Shown: positions 27,554-45,772, counted from the stretch's first letter. The stretch: DNA of 64,000 nt from the human T2T-CHM13v2.0 reference genome, Homo sapiens (GCF_009914755.1 NC_060930.1); one strand, 5' to 3'. Numbers and translations: made by a program. The notes: a model not told the origin generated them from the letters alone.

Positions 27554-30500
27554 ACAATGAGAACACATGGACACAGGAAGGGGGACATCACACTCTGGGG
27601 ACTGTTGTGGGGTGGAGGGAGGGGGGAGGGATAGCACTGGGAGATATACCTAATGCTAGATGACGAGTTAGTGGGTGCAGTGCACCAGCATGGCACATGT
27701 ATACATATTTAACTAACCTGCACATTGTGCACATGTACCCTAAAACTTTAAGTATAATAATAATAATTAAAAAAATTTGGGGGCAAAATCCTCAAGCATT
27801 ATTGTTTCAAATTTTTTTTTCTTTTCCTCTTTCTTCCCTTCTTCTATTCTGTTATGCATATGTTATACCTTTTGTATACTGTCCTTGAATATTCTGTTAT
27901 TTTCAGTCTTTTTTTCTATTTGCTTTTTAGCTTTGGAGGTTTCTATTGGCATATTCTCAAATTCAGAGATTCTTTCGTCAGCCATGTCCATTCTACTAAC
28001 ATGCTTATCAAAGGTATTTTTACATTTCTGTTACTTTGCTTTTAATCTCTAGCCTTTAAAAAAATTCTTTCTTAGGATTTACCTCTTTCTGCTCACATTG
28101 CTCATCTGTTCTTATATACTACCTTATCCATTGGAGCATTTAGCATATTAGTCATAGTTTTAAATTCCCAGTCTGATAATTCCAACATCCCTGCCATGTC
28201 TGGTTCTGATGGTTGCTGTGTCTCTTCAATTTGTGTTTTGCTTTCTGGTATGTCATGTAATATTTTCTTGATAGCCAGGCATGATGTAGCAGGTGAAATG
28301 AATTGCTGTACATAAGCCTTTGGTAATGTGGTAGTAAGATGTTGTGGGAGAAGAGTTCTATAGTCTCACGATTAGGTCTCAGTCTTTTAGAAAGCCCGTG
28401 CCTCTGGACGGTAAACTTCACAAGTGTTTCTCAGTTTTTCCTCCCTGCTTTGGTGGGGCAAGATGTCTACAGTGGGCTGGAGTTGGGTATTATTTCCCTT
28501 TTTTCCCTTATCCCAGGTTAGTTAGGCTCTGATAACACCCCAGCAGGTCAGGCTCTGAATAACTAGTTTCTCCTGAAAACAAGTCCTGTTAAAATAATAA
28601 TAATAATAAAATTTAAAAAAAGGGTACTCTGGTGTATTTTTAAATGATTCTTCTTTCTCTCCCTCTGACAGAGCACAAAGGGATTTTCTCTGATATTTTC
28701 TGTGAGCATCCGGTGGAGCTCCTGGAGGATAATCTCACCAAAGTGTGGGAATCTCCCTATGGCTGGGTCCCCCTTGAGTTTTTAAACTGTCCAACTTGTC
28801 CATACTGACCTTCCAGCAATTTGTCAACTTATAAAACAGGTTTTCCTACCCTCGCTTTGAACCCTGGGACTGTTTCCACCCCTGAGTATCTGGTCCTGTA
28901 AGCTGTGACTCCCTGTGTTCACCTGTCTGTCTCTCTGAACTTGGGGACAGTGGTTGTCCTGTGTCCTCACCTCTCCTACAGATTTAAGAATTATTAATTT
29001 TCAGTCTGTTCAGCTTTTTACTGTTAGGACAGAATGGTGACTTTCAAGCTCCTTACATGTGGAACCAGAAACAGGAACTCTCCACTATTGGTTTTTCATG
29101 TTAGAAGTGTTTGACAAGCTCAGTGACTCTGGGAGCATGAATTTTGTTACTTCTTCATTTCTAAAACGAGTACATAAGACACTCTTCACACTCTGTAATA
29201 CCAAGAGTTTGGGGCTCAAACCCCAACTGAAATAAATTGGATGATGCTTGAGTCTCAAAAAAATAGATTTCCCCCTGGATTTATACATCTAAAATTGTAA
29301 GACTTATATTCCTCAGGTAAGTGGAATTATATTGGGGTAATACAAAAGTTTAGAAAAAGAAATTCTCTAAGTTCTTGTATAGTTAAAATGTTACATTGGC
29401 TTCATTCAGAAGAAAACATAAGTAGAATTAAACTGGTTCATATTCACTGATTTCATATTTATTTGTGACCGTCCAGATAAATAAATTTTATGTTCTAGGA
29501 GTAATTAGAAAATTTACTTTTTTTAAATGAAGAACCACATAACTCTAGCCAAGTAGTCATTTTGTTTACTTTGTTTACATTGTCTACCATTGTCAATCCA
29601 TCTACCATTAGATAAACAAAAAAAATTATGCTTAAAGCTTCAGAAATACATAAAAGAGGCTTGTCCATGACAGCAGAAAACAGTTGTGGGTTTGACCTCA
29701 GGGAGGATTATACATCCACATTACTGAAAAGCAAGCCTGTCACTCAACAAGTCAGCAAATTTTTACTTCTGGTTACATGCACATATATTTTCTTCTACAA
29801 ATTAGTTCAATTTCCAGCCACAATTTATTTTCCTCAACATGTTTGTAATCATGCTTAATGCTTGGAGTTCCCTAGTGAGTTAAAAATAAAAATTCTGAGT
29901 CCTTTCTGCATGTGATTTCGGGTTGTTGCTCACTGATAGTTTTAAGATGTAGTCCTGATAAATTTCTGGTTTCAGTTGGGAATGTGGCTTGGTAACTAAA
30001 AACGGGAAGTTTGTACATAACTTTGAAATCAGTAAAATACGCAATTAAGTAAAGTATCAACTGAATCATGGAAAGCTGTGGCAGGCATAGAATGCTGTAA
30101 TGGTACACTTCCCACAATGAGTTGAAGATTGTGTTATTCACATCTTAACTGATAAATTAGTAGTAAGCAGTAAAAGCCAGTGCAAAGGTATAAGGCAAAT
30201 AAAAATGTTTATTTAACTGTTTGTTTTCTCTTCCTGTAGAGATATAAGTGTGTCTAATTTTGGTGCTTTCTTGAGGAAGCATAGTGATAGATAAAACCAT
30301 CACTCTTTTTTTTTAAATGTCACTGAAAAACCATCCATGCAAATTTGAAGGAAACTCAACAGAAATGTTAAAAAAAAGAATAGTAAAAAATATGATTGAA
30401 CATAAAAATTGAATAAGATATTTTAAATGTTTGAACCTTTTGAAGGCATTTTAGTTTAGAGTGTTATTGAATAGTGAAAGTCAAGAAAGAATTTTAAAAT

Positions 30501-31394
30501 TGACAAAGCCAAAGTTTACAAATATGACCAAATGTGATTTTTGACAAATGATATGTTTAGTGTATTTAAAAGATATAGTTTAAAAAACTGTTTAAGAGAT
30601 TGAATTATTTCTCTTGCATATAAACTTATTATAGCACTTAATGTAAAAAAAAGGAATACAACAAACAACTGAAATTAAACAGTATTATTTTGTGTTCATC
30701 TTTCAATGCAAACTTATGTGTTGTATACCTTAATAGAAAGATACATAAGTAAATATATGATAGATAAATAGATGTACAGTACCACAATTTTTATCTAAGA
30801 CACTTAAATTATATCTAACATATAATGAATAGAAAACAAGAAACCCACTGAAGGAACTAGGCAAAATATTTTAAGTTTCCTTAACCATGTAATATTTGTC
30901 TTTGTAAAATTTCCCTAAGATTAAGAAGAAAAATAACTAATACATTAAAATGTTTTCCTTAAATAAATATTTTAGTTAATATAGAACACATACATAGAAA
31001 ACAAATTGTAAGTGGACATCTCAGTGCATTTTCACAGGTAAGTATGCCCATATTACCTCTTTCTTGATCAAGTAATAACAAATGTGTAATGTCCCAGAAT
31101 ATTTCTCCCTTGCTGTCTCATAGAAGCCATCTTCTTCTCTCCCCAAAGTAACATGATTTCATTTCTAACGCCATTGAAACCAAATATTAGTGTAGCGTGT
31201 TTTAGAATTTGTAAAATGGGATCACATAATATACTCTCTAATATCGTGTTTGAGAAACTAATCCATGCTTCTGGTGTAGTACTAATTTTATTGATCTATA
31301 TCATCCTATTATATAAATATACTACATTTTTAAAAACTATTTTATTTCTGTATGTGTCTTTAGATAAACCTATGTCTGTGTTTCTGTTGGGTGT

Positions 31395-31630
31395 ATTTGT
31401 GTGTATACATATATATGTCTGTGTATATGTATATATGTGTATATATAGAGAGAATATATACATATACATGTATATACTCTATACATTCTCTACATATAGA
31501 TAATATATACATACAGATGTATATATACTGTATCTATATGCATATATTATCTGTACATATATACAGACATACAGATATAAACAGTGTATATATACTGATG
31601 TATATGTATGTATACAGATATATACAATAT
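31395..31630. repeat. (TA/TG/CA)-rich low-complexity simple repeat within old L1M sequence
   Basis: Direct inspection. Confidence 0.85.
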
Positions 31631-32059
31631 ACCTGTGTTATTAACTATTTGGGTATCCTTATTTGTGAAGTGCCATTTAATTTATTTTCCCTACCTTTCA
31701 AATTGGATTGACTATGTTTTCCTTATTTATTTGTAAAAGTTCTTTAGATATTCTGGATATGAGTTATATCCAAAATAACTAAAGAACTCATCATAGATTG
31801 CTTACATTTTTCATCTTGGTTTGTATTTTACCCCACTAATGACAGATTTTGATGAAGAGAAATTCTTAATTTTAATGAAGACTAATTTTGCAGACATTTC
31901 CTTTATGGTTTGTGATGTTAGTGTCTGCTTAAATACTTACACATCCCGGTGACATAAAGATATTATTCTAGATATATTCTACAAGCTATATTGTTGTAAC
32001 TTTCACACAAATATCTACAATTAACCAGGAAGTGGGTATTGCGTTTGCAATGAGGACTC

Positions 32060-34689
<2,630 letters not shown>

Positions 34690-37600
34690 AATTGAGCTGG
34701 GACTGTTCGTTAGGAGAGCCATTATTTTCCTCTGTGCATGGTAAATTTGGTTAAAGCATGTGTTTATATATATGTGGGGCTGTTTCCTGATTCTTCTAAA
34801 TGTTTGCCAGTTTGTCTATTCTTATACTAATACTACATTGTCTTCATTACTATAGGTTTAAAATTAGCCTTGATATCTGTTTTTATAAGTTATATGGTCT
34901 CCAATTTGTTCATCACCAAGGCTGTCTTAGCTATTATTTTAAAAAAATTATGGTAATAAGACTTAACTTGAGATCTATTCTTTTAAAATTTTAAGTGCAC
35001 AATACAGTGTTAAGTGTAGGAAGAATGTTACATAGTAGATCTCTAGAACTTATTCATCTTATATAATGAAATTGTGTGCCCATTGGACAGCAACCCTCCA
35101 TTTTATATGGAAAATTTAATTTCCATGTACATTTTAGAATTAGCCTATTCATTTCATGGAAAATTTTTGAAAGTGATTTCATTGAATCATTATCACTCTG
35201 GGAATAATTGACATTTTTATAATACTAAGTTCTTCAATCTATAAAAAGTATACCTCTCTATTTATTTAGGTGTTCAGTAGCAGTTATTGATAACCCAACC
35301 AGATTCTCTTGCCTTTACCTCTTAATGCACACCACCAGCCTGACTTCTAATTGCCAACACCCACAGGTTTTTTTTTTTTTTTTTTAACTGCTGAGAGTGT
35401 TCTCTGCTCCATGGAGCTTTTCTGCCTATAATAGCAAACCAAGAATTAAAGAGAAGGAACAATTGCTAGGAGAAGTCAATGAATGACTAATAGAAGTTGC
35501 TGTAAACTCCATTTCCTTTCCCCTATCAGAGGAGTGTCAGATACCTCCAAAGTATGTGTTTTACAATAGCTCATAGACTTCCCTGTTGGGTTAAACTTTA
35601 TTTGACCAGACTAGCAAGTTTATTAGATACCCTTATTCCAAAATGTGGAAATTACATTGATTTTCTAACGGTAAATAAATGGCATTCCTAGAAGAAAAGC
35701 AACTCAGTTGTGATGTATTATCCTATTTATATATTGCTAGATTTATTTTGTTCATATTTTGTTTATAAATTTGCACCTAAAATTATGAAAATTATTGGTC
35801 TCTATTTTTCTTATAGTGTGCTGTTATGGTTTGAAATCAAAGTCATCCTTGTCTCATGAGTCAGTCAGGAGGTGTTTTTTCTTTTCACATTATGTAATTA
35901 CAGAAGAGTTGTGTGAGATTGGTGCTTTTTTTCCCATAAAAGTTTGAAGGAATTTACTAGCAAATAAGTTTTCTGGGGATGGAGTTTTCTTTATTGGAAG
36001 ATATCTAATCAATTTATTTAATATGTAACTATTATGATTTTAATTTATTCTTCTTCTGTCAATTTCTATCACTATGTTTTTCTTGGAACCTGTCCATTTC
36101 ATCAAAATATCTTTTAAAATGTCAGTAGGATTTTAAAGTGGTTTACCTTTTCATTTTTGAAAATGGGTATTTGTACCACCTATATTTTTCACATGATCAG
36201 CTTTAGTAGGGATTTTTAGTTTTTTTTTTTTAATAAACCAACTTTTAGCTTTTTTTATTCCTTTTGCTGTATATTTTGTTTCCATTACATTAATTTTTGT
36301 TCTTTTTTATCACTTGCTACTTTACTTTGTGTTTAATTTGCTGCTTCATTTCTAACTTTTTGACATAAATGTTTAGATCAACAATTTCCATTGATTCTTT
36401 AATTTTTTCCTTATATATATTTCTAAAATGACTACATTTTCATTGTCCTTTATTTAAAAATATTTCATAGTTGTAATTTCTATATCTTATTTAATCTTGA
36501 GGCTAGTGATGTTATTGCATTATAGCCAAACATTTTAGGATTTAGAAATAATTAAATATTGATGTCTAGCTTGATTTCACTGTAATAAAAAATAAGACTA
36601 TGATTTCAATTTTTTAAAAATTATTGAGATATAGTTGTTACCCCACATGTGGTCAATTTTGAGAAATATTCATATCCACTTGAATACAATGAGTTCTGTT
36701 GTTCTTAGGTTCAGTGTTCTATATGTTAACTTTATCAAGTTTGTTAATCATGATGCTTAAATACACTGTACTACTGATTTTGATATTTTTGTTGGCTTGT
36801 TTTATCAGTTACTAGGAGGGGTGTATTAAAATATATGATTGTGTGTTTTTAAAAAGTTTTATTTGTAGCTATTTTATTTTAACCTTATAAAGTTAGAGCC
36901 TGTATTATTAGTTGTGCATATATCAAGAATTTGTCCTCCTGTGATTGACACTTTTGTTATTAAGTATCCCACTTTGTTTATTGCTTAAGTCTATTTGATG
37001 GATATCTACATTCATCTATATGAGTTTTCTTTAGTTTGTGCCTTTTGCCATAAGTAGCATGTGGCTGTTTTAAAATCTAAAAATATTTTATTTTTGTCCT
37101 AAAAAATTGAATTTGACATTCTTGGTCTTATAATTTAATTTCAATTTAATATAATGCAATTAATGTCATATTTGGATGTAAATATACCATCTTATGCTTT
37201 GTTCTCTATTGTATTTGTTTACATGTTTTCCTCCTCTTTCTTACATGTTTGGGGATATATTAAATGTCTTTATTATTCCATTTTCCTTTTCTATTAGCTT
37301 CTTACAGAATTTTAATATTGTTGATGATTAAACTGAAATTTGCAATTTGCATTCTACTTTCATTAACATCTAATAAATACAAATAAGTACTTTAAGGCTT
37401 TCTGAACAATGTGTACACTTTGGAATACTTTAATTCTATTTATAAACCCTATCTTTTATAATTTTTTGTTGTACAAATCTGTATATCTTTTTAAGCCACA
37501 CATGATATTATTACTAATACAATTAGTATTATTTTAGATTTGCTGAAACATTTATTTTTTCTGATGTTCTTTATTCTTCTCTCTATACCTATATTTGTTT

Positions 37601-39150
37601 CTGGAATTGTTTCCCCTCTGTACAAAGAATTCTCTTTCTTAATTATTTTTTGTGCAGGCCTTCTTGGTGATTATTTTACTTGATCTTTGTCATCTGCAAT
37701 GTTATTTTGAAAGGATATTTTTGTTGGATGTAGAATTTTAGGTTGTCTGCAATTTTTTTTCTTTCTATACTTTCAAGATATCATCCATTGTCTTCTGGTT
37801 ATGATATCTTCTTTCTTTTGAATGTGTGTTGAAATTTATAATGTTGCTCCTTTTAAAATCATGTGTCGTATTCTATGGCTGCCTAAAATAGGTCCTATTC
37901 TCTTTGAATTTCAGCAGGTTTACTATTTTTGTATATGTGTGGTGTTCTTTACAACATACCTTAAATACGTGGCTTTTGGAAAATTCTCAGCCATTACAGC
38001 CTTAGATATTGTTTCTGCCCCATATCCTTTTACTTCTTCTGGAGTGCCATTTTAAACATATGTTTAACTTTTAACTATTTTCTCTTCCAGTAATTTGTAT
38101 GATACTTCCCATTTTCCATCCTTTATCTATTCTTTTTAGTCTCTCTATTTCCTATTTCCATCCTTTAGTCTATCTATTCTTTAGTCTCTCTATTTCCTAC
38201 TGATCTTTATTTTATCTAGATTACTATTATTCTCTTTAGCAATGTCTCATTTCCCATTAAAATCATGTATTCAGTCTTACTTTCAGTTATTTTATTTCTT
38301 GTTGTTTGTAGGATTTATAGTTTATGTGTGTGTGTGTAAAATCCAAATATGTATGTGTGTGTATATATATATAGATATGCAGAATATATATATATACAGA
38401 CATATGTATATATTTCATTTTTTGCTTAGGTTCTTTATTTTTTCCTATATTCTTGAACGTGTTATAGTTATTTTACATATTTGGTATATTTTAATAGCTA
38501 CATCATTTGTGAGTCTATTGTATTTTTTATGATTTTTCTTTTGTTTCTTTCCTGTTTTGTAATTTGGTTATGCTTCCTGATGTTCTAAATAATTTTTTAT
38601 TGAATGCCAAATGATGTGATGAAAAACTATAGAAATTATTTAAGGTTTTGAATGATGTTAATGACTACAGAGCCATTTTTTTAGATTTTGGCAAACAGTT
38701 AATAGAGAAAGATAAGATCTGGCCGGGTATTGAACTGATTTTAAGATAAGCTTTGATTGTTAACAGGTTTGGCTGTTTTAACTTTGTCATTGCACCCAAC
38801 TTGTAGTTCTTTAGTTTCCAAGTGAAATTCTGAAGGGCTCTCCTCCTTAGAAAGCCATAAACTTTAGTTTTGATTGCTAAATTCCTATGAAACTACCTAA
38901 TATTCACCTCAACATCTCAAAATCTGTTCTTCTGCTCGTGAATCAGCAAAGGCTTTGAGGGGAAAACTAGATGTTGGGCTCACCCCTGATTCCCCTTCTG
39001 TACAGGATCTTCCTACCTCAAATTCTTGCTGTCTTGATAGTTCTCCAATGTTTTCAAACATACTTTTAAAAACTTTTTAAATAGTCCTCTAGTTGTTTTC
39101 AAATGACATATTATGTGAGAGAAACAATTCTCCCACACCTGAAACAGGTA
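34690..39150 (-). mobile_element. Highly diverged L1M(E) fragments, with an L1MA 3' piece (~34945-35100) and a probable LTR16-like fragment (~35280-35630)
   Basis: T-rich antisense L1 ORF2/ORF1-like motifs; assignments are by resemblance only. Confidence 0.5.
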
Positions 39151-39369
39151 GTGTTTTTATTTTAAAACACAATATCGACATCTATTTATTTATCTACTTC
39201 TATGCTATACCCTACCTTTATCTTTCAAGTTTTTTTCTTTCTCAAAGACAAAAAGGAAAATCTAAACACAACTAGAATGATGATACAAATTGTACAGAAA
39301 GGAATGAGACAAAAAAGTTTTTGGAACAACAAAAATGGATCAGAAGATGGCTCATTTTTGTTCCAGTTA

Positions 39370-39970
39370 ATATCATTGCATAATCAATTACCATAAAATT
39401 AATGTCATGAAAAATCATTTTGATTATGCTTACAAAGTCTGTGGGCCAAGAATTTGGATACAGCACAGTGGAAATTGTTCACTTCTGCTGCAAGATGTCT
39501 GTATCCTCAACTGGGACAATAAGACAGCCTGGATTACTTGACAGCTGGGGACTGGAGTCATTAGAAGTGTCTTTACTCATGTGTGTGTTGGCTGATTCTG
39601 GATGCTAACTGGGATCTCAATTGAGGCTGTGACCAGAACCTCATGTGGTCTTTTTTAGAAGACTATATTTCCTCAAGTGACCTCATGATAGTCAGACTTA
39701 GTAAATGGTCATTCAGAGCTCATAAGTCAGTGTGTCTGTAAGGTTAAAAATTACATTACTCTTTTTGGCTGCATTGAAATATAGGCAGCTGCATATTTGC
39801 CACAATCAATTGGTTAAAAGCCAGTAACAAACTACAAAGTTTTATTGTGGGGAGAAATGTAGCATAAATTTCATATCTCAATGTGGGAGAGGTGATGTCA
39901 CATTGTAGAAGACTTTGTGAGATGGGAGATATTTCTGTGGCAAGCTTGTGAAGATATAATATGTCACAAG
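39370..39970 (-). mobile_element. Old MaLR LTR (MLT1F-H-like)
   Basis: ttgcataatcaattaccataaaatt...ctgtgggccaagaatttgg..cagctggggactggagtc motifs. Confidence 0.6.
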
Positions 39971-42900
39971 GGCAGAAGCATAATAGATGTAACCCAAAAT
40001 TTTAAAAAGAATTATCAAAAGCCAATATAAAATATTTTATTCACACAAAATCTGAGACAATTGATTATGAAAAAAACCATATTAAAAGATCTTCTATAAG
40101 ATACACACCAGGAAATTGAATCAAAAATGAACTAAAAGTATCAAGAAGAAATGAAATAAATTGGTAACTATATGAGTTAACTTAAACAGCACAGAATGTA
40201 AAGGTCTATAATAGTAACTAATGAGAATAAAAACAATGTGGAACTAAAATACTGGATGGCAGTAAATTAAAGGAAAGGTGGTGATGAGAGTTAAAATGTT
40301 CTCATTATTATTTATGAGGACAGAGGAGTTAGTCATTGTGTCTAAATCAAACATGTTCAAGAAGCAACAGGAAAGCCATATATAGAAAGTATAACATTAT
40401 ATGGGACAAAGTGCATGATAACAGTGCTTATATTTATTAAATCTAGAGAAATTTAATTTTACCAGTTAAAATATGGTAAAAATAAATTACAAAATAAAAT
40501 TTATAAGTGGCATCTGAATATAAAGGATAAAGAAAGATTTATAAAAATGAGATGGAAAACATAACCACATAAATATTAGCCAAAAGTGAATGTTTAGTGT
40601 TTTTTAATGAGAAAAAAAACCTGGTAAGAATGATAATGAAGTAATTCACCATGAGGGTTAAAAAAAATTATGAATCTTTACATATTTAATGTTATAGCCC
40701 TAAAATACATTTTTTTAAAAAAAGAAATAATTGACAGAAATAAAAGAAAAAAATTCAGTTATAGAGGGAATTTTGGCACACTTATTTTGAGGGGGGTGTT
40801 GGGGGAGGGGTTGATAGATCAAGGTATTCAATGATGAGCAAGAACAAAGAGAGAGAGGTAGAACAAAATACTGGATAAGAATACTCCAGCAATCATTTCC
40901 TCAGAGGAACATCAAATTAAACAACTATTTATGCAAGAAAATACTCACTGTCACAAGAGCTAAGGAAATCAGGTGGGAGATCACAGTACCTGGTTTTAGC
41001 ATAATAACAAGAAAAGACACATTGAAGAGGGTAGGAAGGACAGTCTCTAGTCGCTCATGGCATGTAGCACTCCTGCCTAAACCCCAAGCAGCACAGCATA
41101 AGAGATAATCTGCATGGGGGAGGGAGAAGGAAGTGTTTATGAGACTTTATGTTAGAACTCACCACAGTAAAATATAGCACCAGGCAGAAACCCATGGCCC
41201 TTGATTATAGGCTGGTGCTCATGGAGGGAGCATTTAGACCCACTCTGGGACTGAATGGTATTGGCTGCACCAGTGGGAAGAATTGAGTCCTGACCCATTT
41301 CACCACCAGCTGCCTAAAGTGGTCTAAGGCTCAGAATAAATTTCACTGACAAGCAGGCCATAATAGCCACAGTCCTTGGGTGAGCCCTATGGCTGTACTA
41401 GACTGGGAGGCCATGGTCATGGGTGTAAACCAGTATCAGTTGTGCTGGCTGCAGCAGTGCATGCATCACCCCTCTCCCAACACCAGGTAGTGCAGTCAGA
41501 AGAAAAACTACTTCTCCTTGGGGAAGGAGAGGGAGGAGGTTAGGGGACGTTGCCTGGGAATCTAGTACTAGCCCTGGTATAGTAAAACACAGCAATGAAC
41601 AGAACCTCATGACCCCAATTCCAGGCTGGTACTCCCAAGAATGCTTCTAGACCCACCTCAAGCCAGTAGGGAATCTGCTGCCAGGTGGAACAAAGCTGAC
41701 TCCAAGCCAGCTTTACCTCTAGCTAAATAAAGTTGCCTTGAGCCCTGCATAAATATCAACAGCAGCCAGACAGTAGTAATCAGGGGCCTTTGGTGAGCCC
41801 TGATGCTGCACTCAACTAGGAGGCTGTGGTCCAACCAAGTGTGGTTCCAGATGAAGTGAAAACAGCAGTGTTTGCATCATCCTTCCTCCAACTCCAGGCA
41901 ACATAGCTCAGCGAATGACTCCTTCTGCTTGGGGGAAAGAGATGGAAGTGAGCTAGGGACTTTACTAGGGAACCCAGGGAACTTTCCCTGATTATCACCA
42001 AGCAAATCAGGGCTGAGACCTAGGATTATTCAAGAGAGCCACAGTTTACTTGGGATTAGGATGTCCTCTTGTGCTGAAACAGCTGCAGTAACCACAGGCT
42101 TAGGGAACTCAACAACAGTCAGCCCCCTCTTTAAATTCCTGGAAGGCCCTCTGGACAAGTACAAACAAGCCAAGACTGCGAAGAATGAAATAAATACCCA
42201 ACTCTTCAGTACCCCGACATCAAAAAACTTCCACAAGCATCAAGAATATTTGGGTAACTATGGCCTCACCAAATGGACTAAGTAAGGTGCCAGTGGCCAA
42301 TACTGAAGAAATAGATATGTGTGACTTCTCAGACAGTGAATTCAAAATAGATGTTTAGAGGAAACTCAGTTAACTTTTTAAAAAACACAAATATGCAGAT
42401 TCAAAAATTTATCAGAAAAACTTAACAAAGAGATTGAAATTATTTTAAAAATTGGAGCTGAAAAATATAATAGATGAACCAAAAATTGCATTAGATAGTC
42501 TCAAGAGCAGAATTGATTACAAAGAAGAATCAGTGAGCTCAAAAACAGACTATTTGAAAATACAAAGTCACAGGAGAGAAAAATAAAAAGGGATGAAGAA
42601 TGCTAATGAGATCTAGGGGATTACATCAAAAGACCAAATTTAAGAGTCGTTGGCCTTAAAGAGAGTGTAGAGAAAGAGAAAGGGGTAGAAAGCTTATTCA
42701 AAAAGATAATAACAGTAAATTTCCAAACTAGGGAAAGATATAAATATCTAGGTACAGGAAAGTCAAAGTCATCAAGCAGATTCAACTCAAAGAAGACTAC
42801 TCCAAGGCATATAATAACCTAACTTTCAAAGATCAAGGAGAAGATAGGATTCTAAAAATAGTAAGAGAAAAGAAACAAACAAATAATGTGTAAAGGAGCT

Positions 42901-43213
42901 CCAGTATATCCAGGACCAAGCTTCTAAATGGAAACCTTACAGGCTAGGGGTGAGTGAGATGACATATTCAAAGTGTTGAAGGAACAAGAAATAAACTGTC
43001 AACTGAGAATACTGTACCCAGAAAAAGTATCTTTCAAACATGAACAAGAGATAAAAATGCTCCTTCACAAACAAAATTTGAGGAAATTCACTACCACCAA
43101 AATTGTCTTACATAAAAATCTAAAGAGAGTTCCTCAATCTGTCTGAAAAAAAGAGCATTAATATGTAACAAGAAAATATTTGAGGGTATAAAACTCACTG
43201 GTAAAAGCAAATA

Positions 43214-43637
43214 CAGTTTACCTTTGAATAATGTGAGAGTTAGAGGCACCAACACCTTATGCGGTCAAAAATTCACGTATAACTTTTTACTCTCTTAAAG
43301 CACAACTACTGATAGCCTACCATTTACCAGAAGCCTTACCAATAACAGGAACAGTTTAACATGTATTTTGTATGTACAATATATTGTATTCATAAAATAA
43401 TCTAGAGAAAATAAAATTTAATAAAATCATTCAAAAGGCAAATATACATTTACTGTGCATTAAGTGGAAGTGGGTCATCATCAAGCCTTTCATCTTCATT
43501 ATCTTCACATTGAGTAGGCTGAGGAGAAGGACTAAGAGAAAAGGTTGGTCTTGCTGTCTCAGGGTAGCAGAGATGGAAAAAAAATTGTGTATAAGTAGAC
43601 CTGCACAGTTCAAGCACTCTTGTTCAAGAAGCCTCTA
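43214..43637 (-). mobile_element. Tigger2a-like DNA transposon
   Basis: TA flanks, degenerate TIRs (cagtttacctttgaataa / ttgttcaagaagcctct) and the characteristic gtataagtagacctgcacagttcaag. Confidence 0.75.
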
Positions 43638-44269
43638 TATAAAGAGAAATTCAGAATACTCTAATAGCATAATTGAGGTGTATAAATTACTCATGTCTTT
43701 AGTATAAAGACTAAAACACAAATATATTTTAAAAATAACTACAACAATTTGTTAAGATATAGGCAATATAAAAAATGTAAATAGAGAGGTCCAAAAGTCA
43801 AAATTTGGGGATGGAGTTAAAATGTAAAGTTTGTTAGTTTTTGTTTGCTTTCTTTGCAATCAAACTTAGTTTGTCATCAGTTTAAAGTAACTTGTTATAG
43901 CTATAAGATTTTTTTTAAGTCTCATGGTAATCACAAAGCAAGAACCTATAATAGACATACTAGAAATAAAAAAGCAAAGAATTAAAACATATAACCAGAG
44001 AAAAATCACTTAACCACAAAGGAAGACAGTGAGAAATGAAGAAAGAAAGAGGGTAGTGATCAAACAATTGGAAAACAAGTAACAAAATGGTATTAGTAAA
44101 CCTTACATATTAATATCAACATAATTATATATAAGTTCTCCAATTAAGAAGACATAGAGTGGCTGAATGGATAAAAAACAAGACCCAACTATATGCTGTC
44201 TATAACAACTGTATTTCATTTATAAAGACACACATAGACTAAAAGCAGAGGGATGGAAAAAGATATCCA

Positions 44270-44468
44270 AATTAAATAATCAATATACTAGGGCCTGACA
44301 GGTGGGAGTAGGGAGAGGAAGAGCATCAGGATAAATAGCTAATGCAAGTGGAGCTTAATACCTACGTGATGGGTTGATGGGTGCAGCAAACCATCATGGC
44401 ACACGTTTACCTATGTAATAAACCTGCACATCCTGCACATGTATCCTGAAACTTAAAATAATTTTTTA
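44270..44468 (+). mobile_element. Short L1PA8-13-type 3'UTR insertion
   Basis: gagcatcaggataaatagctaatgc...cagcaaaccatcatggcacacgtttacctatgtaa...aacttaaaata. Confidence 0.8.
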
Positions 44469-45772
44469 AAGTGAGCAAGAGTAGCTATACTTATATATCA
44501 GATAAAATAAAGTTTAAGTCTAAATTATAAAGACAAGGTCATATATAATGATAACAGAGTCAATATAGCAGTAGTATATAAAAATTGTAAATACATACAT
44601 ACCCAACACTGATCTACTTGAATATATAAAGCAAATATTAACAGAATTAAAGGGAAAGACACACTGTAATACAATAGAAAACTTCAACATCCCATTTTCA
44701 ACATTGGACTGATCATTCAGGCAGGCAGTCAAAAAAGAAACATCAAAGTTAAACCACACTTGAGACCCAATAGACGTAATAGACATTTGCAGAACATTCC
44801 ACCCAACAGCTGCAGAGCACACATTCTTCTCAATAACACATGGAACATTCTCCAAGACAGACCATATGTTAGGCCACAAAACAAGTATTAAAATTTTTTA
44901 AAAAGTTAAATCACTTCAAGTATCTTTCCTGAACACAATGCAATAAAACTAGAAATCAATAATAAGTGGATCTTTTGGAAACTGTTTAAACACATTAAAA
45001 ATTAGCATGCTTATGAACAAACAATGGGTCAATGAAGAAACTAAAAAGGAAATTAAAAAATTCTTTAAGACAAATGAAAATGAAATCACAACATACTGAT
45101 ACCTATGGAACACAGCAAAAGCACATTTAAGGTGGAGTTTCTAGTGACAAATTCCTACATCCAAATCTGAAATAAACATCTTAAAATAACCTCAGGGAAC
45201 TAGAAAAACAAGAATATCTAAACCCATATAAGTATAAAATAGAAATAATAAAGATCAGAGCAGAAAGAGCTGAAATAGATACTAAACAAATATAAATCAT
45301 CAACAAAAAAGAGCTGTTTTTTTGAAAAAAAATCACCAAATCTTTAGCTAGATTTAAAAAAAGAAACAAAAGGGAAGTTTTACAATTGATACCACAGAAA
45401 TACAAAGATTATATGAGACTACTGTGAGCAATGACACACCAACATGTTGTAAAACCTAGAAGAAATAAATAGAGAAATTTCTGGGCAAGTACAACTTGCC
45501 AAGATTGAATCATGAAGAAATAGAAAATTTGAACAGACCAATAATGAGTAATAAGATCAAAGCAATAATAAAAATGTTTTGATCAAAGAGAAGCCCAGGA
45601 CCTGATCACTTCACTGCTAAATTCTACCAAACAGTAAAAAACAAATAAACAAAAAACCGCAAATAACTAATTATCAATTTTAAGTGAACTATTTTTTAAA
45701 AATGAAGAGGAGGGAAAACTTCCACACTCATTTTGCGAGGCCAGCCTTTTTGTGATACCAAAATCAGACAAG

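Noticed and set aside
31153-31711. Hydrophobic Y/I/M-rich ORFs (also 38242-38532, 51250-51520)
   Set aside because: Translations of TA-rich simple repeats.
38113-38199. ~43-bp tandem duplication
   Set aside because: Ordinary slippage in pyrimidine-rich old L1 sequence.
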